From assembly GCA_008632985.1 (NCBI GenBank), contig QPGO01000051.1:62001-126000 (forward strand): a stretch of DNA of 64,000 bases. Reading direction: 5' to 3'. Position 1 is the stretch's first letter; each line of letters starts with the position of its first letter. Positions 12,508-23,506 of the stretch are shown here, piece after piece. This DNA is from Psammoneis japonica. Taxonomy: Eukaryota. Made by a program: the position numbers and the translations under genes. The notes below the pieces were generated by a model that had not been told where the DNA came from, searched no databases, and was given only the letters and a program-made list of their open reading frames with translations.

Positions 12508-14644
12508 GTGTCTTTTTGCATGCTCTTGTTGAGAATGCCTCCAAGCTGTCGTGTAATTTTTCGTTCACGCTTTGCTGCGACTGCCGTTCTAGCTCTCACA
12601 ACCTTGACCAGTCGTCCTACACCCAGTGTTTGTTTTGCAACTACCGCACCCTTTACTCGCAAGAACAATAAGTTTGGCATTGGTTCTGTTTCGTCTCTAA
12701 TTTCCAGAATGTCCAGCACTACAGAGGAAGCTCCAGTCGAGACTGTCAAGGCGGAAAAGGATGCCAAACTCGATTCTCTGCGTGCCTTGATGAAAGAACG
12801 TAATTTAGATGTGTACATTGTACCTTCAGACGATCCTCACTTGTCAGAATACGTTCCGGACGCATACATGCGTCGTGGATTCTTATCGGGCTTTCATGGA
12901 TCGGCTGGAACCGCATTGATTAAAGAAAACGAAGCACTGCTATGGACGGATTCCAGGTATTTCAACGAAGCTACTTTGAAACTGAATCCCAATCACTGGA
13001 CTTTGCAAAAGCAGGGACAACCCAAGGTTCCTACGATTCAGAAATACTTGGTAGACGCAGCGTGGGATCATTATCAGGATACCAAGGAACCTCTTGTGAT
13101 TGGTATAGATCCGTATGTACATGCGGCTAGTTTTTGTACCGATTTGGATGAAGCGCTCGAGAAGAAAGCCAAGGAAGAATCTGTCGACAAGGATACGAAG
13201 ATTGGTGTGCTGGATACCAGCAATGAAAACTTGGTGGATATTGTTTGGGGAAGCAGTCGTCCCGGTATACCGAAATCGCCCTTTCGCGTTCACCCCATTG
13301 AATACGCCGGAATGAGTGTTGCCGACAAGATTACCAAGATTCGTGAAGAAATGGAAACAAAAAAGGCGACTCTGTCTGTCTTTTCTACCCTGGACGATGT
13401 AGCCTATTTGTTCAATGTGCGAGCCATGGGCGATGTCGAACTTGTCCGGTTGGAATTTCCTACGCGACCGTATCCAAGGAAGATGTGACTCTCTATTGCG
13501 ACGAAGCCAAGGTGGCCAACGTGCAACAACACCTGAAGGAAGCCGGCGTCACGGTCAAGCCATACGAGGACATTGTTCCCGATGTCGAAAAGCACGCTCA
13601 AGTGGACGGCAACAAGGTTTGGATTGACAAGGCTCGCGCCAATTACGCTCTGTGTCATGTCATACCTTCCGACAATATGTCAATGCCCAAAACGCCGTGA
13701 CGGCGCTCAAGGCTTGCAAGAACGAGGCGGAACTCGAGGGTATGCGCCGAGCGCACGTGGTGGACGGTGCCGCCATGGCGCACTTTTTGGCGTGGCTCAC
13801 AAATGCCATTACAGTCGAAAAGCGTCAAGTGAGTGAGGTTGAAATTGATCTAAAATTGACGGGCTACCGCGCAGAACAACCCGGGTTCCTTGAAGTCAGC
13901 TTTCCCACCATTGCCGGTGTTGGATCCAACGGTGCCATTATTCATTACCGTGCTCAAGAAGGAACAGATCTACTCAAATATTTGGATGACAAGAATCCCA
14001 TCTTGATTGATTCGGGTGGACAGTACGAGTACGGAACAACCGATGTCACCAGGACGTGGCATTTCGGAACGCCTACACAAGAATTTGTTGATGCGTACAC
14101 CCGTGTTCTCAAGGGAAACATTGGTGTCGATGTCATGAAATTTCCTCAAGGCACACCTGGGTTTGTCTTGGATGTCTTTGCACGCAAGGCCTTGTGGGAC
14201 GCCGGGCAAGACTACGGCCATGGTACGGGCCATGGCGTGGGAGCAGCACTCAACGTGCACGAGGGGCCGCAATCCATTTCACCTCGATGGGCCAACACCG
14301 AGGGACTCAAACAAGGCATGGTCGTGAGCAATGAACCAGGGTACTACGAAGATGGTAACTTCGGTGTTCGTATTGAAAACTTGTTGGAGATTCAATATGT
14401 GAACCCCGAGGATGCCGACAAGGACGAAGACGACTCTAAAAAGACCTTTTTAAAGTTCGGGAAGCTTACAATGATCCCTATTCAAAAGAACTTAATTAAT
14501 CTTGATCTCATGACAGATACGGAATTGGATTGGTTGGATCAGTACCATCAACAAGTGTACGACAAGGTGTCTCCGCTTTTGGAGGAAGAGAGCGATGCAA
14601 TGAAATGGCTCATCACATCTTGTGCCAAGATTGAGCGGAAATAA
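12508..14644 (+). CDS. Xaa-Pro aminopeptidase P (M24B); two apparent frameshifts near 13440 and 13675
   Basis: Motifs VPSDDPHLSEY, GFHGSAGTA, LWTDSRYF, IDSGGQYEYGTTDVTRT, HGTGHGVG, HEGP and SNEPGYYEDGNFGVRIEN. Start codon uncertain. Confidence 0.95.
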
Positions 14645-14985
14645 GCTGTATTACAGTATGTACTAAAACTGTAGCTGCCATAAATAACTCTTTAATACCA
14701 AGCCCCTTTCACTCGGTTGGGTAGATGTCGGTTCTGCCAATGTTGCCAGTGAGGTTGTAGTTTGAAGTGTACGCACGAGCACGTACGTGTGTACCGCTTG
14801 GCGCACGACACGTTCACTAACGGAGAAGCCTTCGACTCGCCGTCGCGAACCTCCGTCAAAGAACACGCTACTCTAGCAAGAGTGATATTGAGCGAGGTGG
14901 AGCTTAAGAATTATCGGGATGTAAGTGAATGTGCATTAACGTTTAAAAATGATCGGATGTAAAGCAAAATCTCCACGTGTATGAT

Positions 14986-15996
14986 TCATGTCCTTCGAAG
15001 CGGAAAAGCTTGATCCCGCTGTTGAACACGGGCTCGGAGAACACCCAGTGAAGAGCTCAAGATGGACGACTCTGGGGCATCATCAAACTGACCCTCAACA
15101 TCATCTACAACAATCCGAGGTCGCTTGAAGTTTCCAACTGGAGAGTCGCCGAGTGTTCGCTTCATACCGAGCCCGGTTCTCAGCGAAGCAACAACTGGTT
15201 GCGGTTGCTGCGTGTCGAAGAGCTTCGGTTTAGCAAGTGCAGCAGGCTGAACCACTGGTTTATTCGCCTGTATACTTCGCCTTAGCGCGGAAGTCGTGAG
15301 GTTCATGATGCGCCGGTGATGCGATGCTGCTTGTGATATGCTGTACAGGGTGGGCGCCACCACGGGAGGTTCAACAATCGGCGGAGGAGGCGGAGGCAGC
15401 AGCAAAGGCAGGGCAGGCAAGTAACCAGAAGAGCCTCGAATGGGAAGGCCTAGAGAGCTGGTCTTGCCTTGGAATTCTTCGAGAAGTAAGCGATTCATAG
15501 CTTCTTTGCGAAGAACTCCTAAGCGACTCATAGCTTCTACGCGAAGAAGTCGGTCCACCTCTTTCTTTGCTTCTTTCGCACGAGATCGTCGATTAGGCTT
15601 CTCCCGAAGAGCTTGAGCCGTCTTCTCCAAGACTTTATCTCTTGTTAAGACGGGGCACTTTCCATTTACAGATGCTTCAAGGAATCTTCCGGGTGGATTC
15701 AGGCTGTCAATCGCTCTGGCAACCGCGAAGACTATTGGAGCTTTATGCTCTCTCGGAGCCGCCTGGTATGCCATCTGGTGCATCTTGATGAGCCGTCGGA
15801 AGATCTGGTTCCCAGGATGCATAGCGACCCCGTTCCCTCTCCCGCAGAGAATGTCATTATCTCGGATATCAGTCAAGTCCACATATCTTTTTTCTTCTGG
15901 TTCTTCTTCGTCAGACCGTTCATGATCCGTCTCATCGTATTCTTGAGATCTTGAGATTCGCATGTTTCCTCCCTTCTCATCGAAAGCCCCGCACAT
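14986..15996 (-). CDS. DUF6824-domain protein (diatom-expanded family)
   Basis: DNDILCGRG..HPGNQIFRRLI...PPGRFLE...KTAQALRE signature, followed by a low-complexity tail. Confidence 0.85.
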   Translation of the reverse strand: MCGAFDEKGGNMRISRSQEYDETDHERSDEEEPEEKRYVDLTDIRDNDILCGRGNGVAMHPGNQIFRRLIKMHQMAYQAAPREHKAPIVFAVARAIDSLNPPGRFLEASVNGKCPVLTRDKVLEKTAQALREKPNRRSRAKEAKKEVDRLLRVEAMSRLGVLRKEAMNRLLLEEFQGKTSSLGLPIRGSSGYLPALPLLLPPPPPPIVEPPVVAPTLYSISQAASHHRRIMNLTTSALRRSIQANKPVVQPAALAKPKLFDTQQPQPVVASLRTGLGMKRTLGDSPVGNFKRPRIVVDDVEGQFDDAPESSILSSSLGVLRARVQQRDQAFPLRRT

Positions 15997-16639
15997 CAAA
16001 CTGACAGATATCTAAGTGTTCTGGGCTCTACCATATGCAGAGGGATGACTGCTATGGATGCGGAGAATGGCAATAGCACATCCAAAACAAGTCTTCGCAT
16101 CCACGCAGAACGTGAGACGCGAGATGTTGCTGCAATGACGACCGCGTGGTGAAGTGAAGTCCGTGAAAGTGAAGCCTTGGGACGAACTTCCGAAAGCAGG
16201 ATTTCTACGATCAAAACTGGTATGCCAAAACAGTGGTGTTGAATTAGTACGAGAACAGCGCATGTAGAAATACATGGAAGACATGGTATTTATGCCACAT
16301 ACGTCAGATCAAATTTATCATGCATTGAACATTGTTTATTGACAAGACCAGCTGGAGGTCATAAGTATCATGGATACTATCAAATTTATTGATCTCGCAA
16401 GACCAGATGATGATTATGGACGTCATGAGCAAATTTTTACTATCGCATTTGGTGAAGTTTCGGAATGTCTCATTCGCTCTTGGCGATTCTTTTCGCGCTT
16501 GAGCGCGATCTCTCATCACGAGAGATCTGAAATGAGAAAGACGCCCTCCGTATCGGCGACTTGTGAAGAGTGCTGAACCGAAGAGCAAAGTTTTGAGCAT
16601 CGACGAACATCATTGTACGCTTTAAATGCAGCGTTCATA

Positions 16640-17110
16640 ATGGGAAATCAATTAACTCAGCTCTTGTGGACGGACATTCGATCGTTCGGCAAGGATATGG
16701 GAGAAAATCTGCCGCCCCGATTGATATTCTGGGCCCGTCTCTTCCCCTTCCCCCAGTTCCTTGGTGGTGCATTGAGCTGCTGCTTCAAAGGTCCCACAAG
16801 TGTAGGAGCTCAGTTCTTTTATACACGAGCCTTTTCCTTTGTCGTGGCGGGTCAAATACACAAACGTCATCCGTTCAGCAAGTGGATGGGACCGCTGATG
16901 CATATTCCCATGTATGGGTGGACGCTTCCATTGAGTATCCGGTGGCTGACGCAGTCAAAGCCCCAACGTGACTGGCATTATGGATTTGTTCTGTACACTA
17001 CCATTATTACCACCGTTTCACTGACCATGGACGCGGCGACGGTGGCCAAATGTCTGATTCAAGGTAACCAAGCGGTGGGCGAATACAAAGGCAAGGAGAA
17101 GGATACGTAG
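16640..17110 (+). CDS. Small multi-pass membrane protein, function unknown
   Basis: ATG at 16640, about 156 aa with several hydrophobic segments and normal composition. Confidence 0.6.
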   Translation: MGNQLTQLLWTDIRSFGKDMGENLPPRLIFWARLFPFPQFLGGALSCCFKGPTSVGAQFFYTRAFSFVVAGQIHKRHPFSKWMGPLMHIPMYGWTLPLSIRWLTQSKPQRDWHYGFVLYTTIITTVSLTMDAATVAKCLIQGNQAVGEYKGKEKDT

Positions 17111-17299
17111 TCACCGATTGGCAGACATGCATGTCAATTGAATACATGATACCATTTCTCTCGTTATTCTGTTTTAAACATTTTAAGGAATAGCCCGTAC
17201 ACAATATCATGGCGTGTGTCCACATGCATGGATTGATTTTGTCTCTTCGGTGTCGCCGCGGATCCGAGGGCATAGTGCAAAACTAGAAACGCAAATCAA

Positions 17300-18392
17300 G
17301 ACAGATCCCTATGATTAGCAACCACGAAATGATAAGCGCTTCTCACCACAACGTGTTGCAGCGCCGTCAAAGCGTATCTGCAGCATGCGGATCGAGTCTC
17401 GGAAGAAAGCCACAATGGCAGCTGACCATTGCACAAATGGAGAATAGATCCCTGCCATTGCTGTAGCAACAACGGGATGATGGCCGCTTCTCACTGCGAT
17501 GTTCGGTCATTGATCTGATAATTCCTTCCGCTTCACACCTTCCGGGGTGAACCAAACGAATGAAAACGTTGACCGGAGAAAGGCCTTGTCCTCCATTGTC
17601 GCATTCTCCACCAATCAAATTCAAATGGTCGATGACGATTGCCATGAGCTTCACCTTCCACCATGAGCTCACCAACAGAGTAGTTGCCAATCCCTGCAAT
17701 CATGGAAATGCTCTGACCCAGGCCATGTCCCCTGTCGATGTGAGGTGTGAACTTGGCGTTGCCATCAATGGCACAATGTGATGAAGGAAGACGCGTGCTG
17801 CTCGCACATGCATGCCATGCGCTGCTGCATGTGCAGTCCGGGCATGCAGAACGAGTCTCAGAAGAAAGCTGCAATGGCAGCTGACCATTGTACAAATGGA
17901 GAATGGATCCCTGCTGTTGATGACCCATGGGATGAAGGCTGCTTCTCACAATGATGTTTGGTCATTGGTTGGGCGATGCCCTCTGCCGCTTGACACCGAG
18001 TGAAAAACGTTGACCGGAGAGTGGCCTTGTCCAGTGTTGCATTCTCCACCCATCAAATTCAAGTGGCCAACAACCAATGCCATGAGCTTCACCTTCCACC
18101 ATGAGCTCACTGGCTGCCTGAGTGGTCACCAGTTCCTGCAATCATGGAAATGCTCTGTCCCAGGCCACGTCTCGCCCCTGTCGACGTGAGGTGTGAACTC
18201 TGCATTGCCGCCATCAACAGCACAATGTGATGAAGGAAGACATGTGCTCATGCATGCCATGTGCGTCATGCCAGCTGGCTCATTTTCTTGAATGAGATTT
18301 TCCTTGAGGCAGCTCAAAGACTGCTCCAGTCAGCTCATGAAACAATGAGTTGCGCCTCAGAACTTCACAACATGCAAGAAGTCAGAGTTTGT
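17300..18392 (-). pseudogene. Tandem degenerate copies of the 3' end and 3' flank of the gene at 23507-25294
   Basis: 17381-17800 and 17833-18392 align with about 23386-23940 (AKFTPHIDRGHGLGQSISMI versus AEFTPHVDRGRGLGQSVSMI). A short third copy lies at 17301-17350. Confidence 0.92.
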
Positions 18393-19945
18393 CATGGACG
18401 CATGATGTGCACCCCAATGATGTTGATGACAAAAAGATGCCAGCTGAGCCATGTGTGCAGAGTTTTGCATGGATTGCTGCACATCATTTGCACAAGCAGT
18501 GTGTGGTTGATTTTGACAACTTCTTTTGGCTTTGAGACTGCAGAAGAGTGGTGCCAATCGCCAGTCAACAATTTGGAGCAGATGTGGCATGTGTCATGAA
18601 GGAAACATTGAGTTGTGGCTGGCATCATTCTAAAATTGACCTGTTGTGTCCAAACAATTTTTCAGATCTTCTTGACACATCACCTGGAAGTTGGTGCACA
18701 AAGTCACTGAAATGGATCTGTGTGATGTGTGAGTGGCCACACAAGTCAGAGCCATTCTTGTGATGAGCTCTGAGCCCTTTTGGAGCATGGGGTCAAAATG
18801 GCATTGCCCTGACAGCTTGCTTTTCTTGTTGAGAAAACAGTTCCCTGAAGCATGGACAACAAGGCACAACCAAATGTGGTTGACATGCAAGTTGCTAAAG
18901 TTGTTTTGTTTTGTGCATCACCTGGTGCTGGAACACATCAGATGCTCCCACCAGGGAGAGCCAACTTGAGTCTTGGCTGTCCCGCATGACCAAGAAGAGC
19001 TCCAACATCATGCTGTTTGTCCAGTGGGTCAATTGCCACTCAGGTCCTGAAATGGAGAACTTGAATCTTGCTGCACCAGCAAAAATGATGAAGCTTTCAC
19101 AGTGCCAGCCCACCCCACACCTTTGGGAGCAACAACTCATTTCAAAAACAAAACATCTTTGGCGCCCCATCCTCTGCAAAAAATGTTGCCAGAGAAGTTG
19201 TGCCACTGCCGGTCAAGGCATGGAGACCCATGAATCTTCTGCCACACTGGGCCCCCTTTTCTGCCCTGCTGGTGATGTTGCCACCCTGATGTCACCATTC
19301 CCGAAGCTCCTCCCACCCTCCTCCCAGCCTGCCTGCCCCCTCCATTCCAGCACTGACTGAAGCAAGCCACTTGAGCATGAGATTGAAGTTTCTTGGCCCC
19401 TCTGCTTCTGTCACCAATGGCTCCCTTGTGCTGTTCAATCCCTCAACAATGATGGGGTCTTTCTTCTTCCCTTTGCAGTTGATCACTTGGGTGGCCTTTT
19501 TCCCCCACCACTTGCTTCTTCTTTGGCTCTTCCTTCCCTGCCATCTGCTCTCAACCCAACCTCCCTGGTCCTTGTCTCCTTTTGCCCTTAAAGACTCTGA
19601 CACTTCCTGCTCTGCCTTTTCTTGTGTGTGCTCACTTCTCAATCTTCTCTTCTTTCCTCTGCAGACTTTGCTTGGAACCAACTCACCAGTGATGGCTTTG
19701 GAAGTTTGCACCACTCCTCCTCACCATCACAGTGGGCGATCAACCAGACTCTTGGCTGCAACATCACTTGCCATCTTGCCGCTCTGCCCTTTGTTTCCTT
19801 CCTGCTCTCCATGCAGATTCTTCTCCTGTTCCTTTTTTAAAATGCCCAGCATGCTGCATCATGTGCCCATTTTTCGCCTCTGCTCCGGCAGCTTCTTCCG
19901 TGCCTCCCTCTTCTGTCTCACTTCCCACTTCTGTTTGGGCTCTCT
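18393..19945 (-). mobile_element. TpA-depleted transposon-like fossil, possibly with a Ulp1/C48-like protease remnant
   Basis: Near-zero TA. The minus strand gives a K/R/E-rich segment followed by NHIWLCLVV...QCHFDP (QYYFDP if back-mutated). Confidence 0.4.
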
Positions 19946-20213
19946 AAATCCTTAGTAAACACGGAGAATGCGGCAAGGCTCCAGCAACCTCATCGAAGGA
20001 GAGTTTGTGGAAGTGCAGACCGATTGGATTGAAGTGTATGGTGCACTTTCGGAGGACAAGATCCGAGGACATCGCATGGCCACCAAGGAGCAGACAAATG
20101 GTGCTGTAAACCCACGGACGACGGTTTCGGTTTCCCAAATTTTGTTTGTACTGACTAGTCAAGGAGTCGTAGACACTAAGCTGTTCAGACAGGGAAGCGA
20201 CTCAACTAACTCA

Positions 20214-22607
20214 TTACTTCGTAAGTAGTTTCTTTGCCCATTTGTGGCAGGCAACATGCCCTGGTAGGTCACGCCAATTCGGGGCGCTCTTGATGCATTT
20301 CAGAATGTCGTTTCCAACAGGATCTTTCATAGTGATGTTGTGTTTGCATTCTTCGACGTAGAACTTGCATGCTTCGATTTGGCCATTGGAAGCTGCCACA
20401 AAGAGCGGTGGCTGATTGGACCATAGAATAGGGTCGGTGTTGGCAGGATTGACACCTTGGCCGACAAGATATCTCATGATCTCCACTCTGCCAGTATACC
20501 CAGCCCAACCAACTGGGCAGCCATGCTCATCAAATCCTTGGTCCGCTCATCAGTGCACAACCACTGGACAATTTCCAAGTTGCCCTTCTTCGCTGCCCAT
20601 TCCAGAGCAGTGAACCCAAGCATCGGGGCGCGAAGTTCGTCCACTCTCCCGTGACAAAGTCGAATGGCTTCGGAACAGCAGTTTTGGGCAGTTTCTAAAT
20701 GCGGCAACGGTCCACAGCAGATTAGAAAGCGCTGCGTTGGATGCAAATCCGAGAAGGTGGTAAACTGCAGCGTGTTTTTCATGATATCTGCGTTGGCAAT
20801 ACCCCCCATCGCTAGGGTTTCGTCAAAGCCCGCGTTCCCAGTTGTCACAGTATTCTGCTGCAGAGTGATGATGCTTTGCCCATCGGGATTCCAAAAGATA
20901 CCGAGCATGCCGGTGCCACTCACTTCCGAGATCATACTCTGACCTGGTGGGAGCGAGCCGCCCCCTTCGGATAGCCCATGCTCGATTTGCAGGCCTGTTC
21001 CATTCACGTTCAACTTTGCCATTTGCTTATGAAACTGCACAAAGACACGTGAACATTGCCCCCGATGTTGCTTCCAATGCTCCTTTTGGCATTTGGCGTT
21101 GCAATACGAGACGCCCTCACTGCAACAAAAAACTCAATGCGGGTGAGATTCCATCAACATCAACATTCACAGAATAAGACGCTTTTCGTTTCTTACCATC
21201 TTGCGCAAGTCATCAGCTTCTTCTTGTTCTTCTTTCCACAATTGTCGCATACCTTCTCCGGATCTTGAATTCGAAATTTAGAATCACGACCAAATCCAAC
21301 CGATTTCATGGCCTTGTTCAAGAACTTCATCACTTTTTTGTCGTCCATATTGTCTACCCCTTCTTGTCGAACCATTTCAAAAAATTTGTTTCTCCCCATG
21401 ATATAGTTGTCCAATTCAGTTCCATTGTAATAGTCGAGCGTGTAAATGTTGACTGATCCTTTAAATCCGACTGCCGTGTCGTCCACCAATGCATGTTGGA
21501 CGGCTTCCACGGCACCAATGGTATAATCCGTGGCAATGCGAATATGAACGTCTCTACTGGATGAAATGCCCCAATTCTCTTCGGGGCCCTTCAGTGCGTT
21601 TGGTTCGTATCCAAAGGCGGGCATGCATTTGGCAAAGTACTCCTTGCTCTTGGCCTTGCCAGCTTGAAGCGCTTTCCATTTATGAATTAGGTTTTGGCCC
21701 AATTTAAGTTCCTCCAGAGTCTCAATGAATGGTTCAAGCCACAAGATTGCGGACCAAAATGCTTGAGGATCAATTTGACTGAGGACGCCAGGTGCGAGAC
21801 GATCCGATTCTCCGAGAGCAACGGCATGATTGGCGTACATGGTGGCTTCTTCCACTCCATAGTCCAAATATATTCATGGTTGATAGTCAAGTTCTTTCGT
21901 TACCCGAGAGATCAACATATCGAACCTCATGTGCATCCAAGTACTGCTTCAAAGCACACGGATAAATCTGATACGAACCAAGCTTGACGGCCTCAAATCG
22001 TTGCGGACCAAGTCTTTCCAACTTGGCTTCGAATCTGTCTTCGTGCACTCGATGGGGTTCCCATTTCACCAGTATATCCTTGTGACGGTGCAACTTTTTC
22101 TTGATGTTCTGAAAAACCTGGTTCAAAGGGGCCGCCAACTTAACCGAATCATCTCCAAATGCCGCCCGATTCATGGCTCGAACAATATTGAGATCTGTCA
22201 GCTTGATTAGGATTGGACCCTTCACTACTTTTTGCTGTTGTTTCTGTACAAACTTCTCCATGGCGGCCATACATCCTCTGGATCGTGCCGCACCCCTTTC
22301 ACAATCGTCATTTCGGCGATCTGTCCTTGGTGGACCAAGGTGCCCCGAAAGCTAGTATCATTCAGTGTGCCTCTTCCAACTCCCACACTGAACTCTGCAC
22401 GTTCTTCAAAGATTTCAATGTTAGATTGTGTAATGGACATTGGACCCGGAAATCCATCGAACGAGACGGGATGACGAATGTCACTCCCGTTTGCATCCTC
22501 TTGGATGTCATGACTCTAGCGGCGGCTCCATTACGCTTTTTGCCAACTTCACTTGTCAGACCGACAATACGGCATATAGACGACGGTGTTGTATCTTTCA
22601 TGGACAT
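20214..22607 (-). CDS. MYND zinc-finger plus ankyrin-repeat protein (intron about 21195-21121; several frameshifts)
   Basis: CDNCGK..KLMTCAR then EGVSYCNAKCQKEHWKQHRGQC. Ankyrin motifs GFTALEWAAKKGNLEIVQWL and QPPLFVAASNGQIEACKF. Confidence 0.8.
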
Positions 22608-23506
22608 GTTGCTGCTGCAGTTTTGGTTTGATCCGGTGACGCTATCAGAGGAGTCTTATGAGTCTCGCTCTCAGCTAGCTCTACTAGCTAGAGAGCTACT
22701 CTAGTAGAGAGTCGTCTCAGCGTGTGAATGCACGAGGTCGCGAGTTTCGCGCCTTACTGTATTAATACTGTAATTGCGTGTTGCTTTTGTTTCGTGTGTG
22801 TGTATTGTGTGTGAAACGATTCTGCACACTTTGCTTCAATCGAGGAGTTCGAATTTGGTGTTTTTGAACCAGAAGTACAATCGACAGTAGTGCACCCGAA
22901 TTATAGAATGCAGATGCTCGTCGAAGCTCACTACCGGACTCAAATATTGTTTCCTTCCGCAAACGAGGACTTCAAACTCGAGGCAGATCTCATCGACACG
23001 GCTTGTTGTGGCCAAATGCGATGATAATCAATTTTGCCTAGGGTAGTTCGGAACTGACTTTGGTGAGAGAAAGTTGATGAAGAGGATCGAAGAAGATTAA
23101 GAAGTATACTTGATTAGGATAAATCCTTGAGGAGCCAACAGTTAGCACTCGTGTACGTATCCTGCGCTGTGAAGCCGCTAGCTGTCACCCTTCTCAACTT
23201 CACCTATACAGTTTTGCAACGCGAATAGCATTTTGCTCATTTTGTTGTCGCTTGTATGGGTTGGTTATTGTCGTCCGTGATTGCCTTCGATTTGTTTGGT
23301 AGTTTACACCGACCAGTTCACACAATAGTGAGGTCAGCTGAGACGAAGGAGTGTCAAGTTTCCTTACCATAGCGCCACTGTATAAGCAGTCCGGGCATGC
23401 AGAACTAGTCTCGGAAGAAAGCCGCAATGGCAGCTGAATATTGCGCAAACAGATCCCTACTATTAGCAACAACGGGATGACAGCCGCTTCTCACTGCGAT
23501 GTTTGG

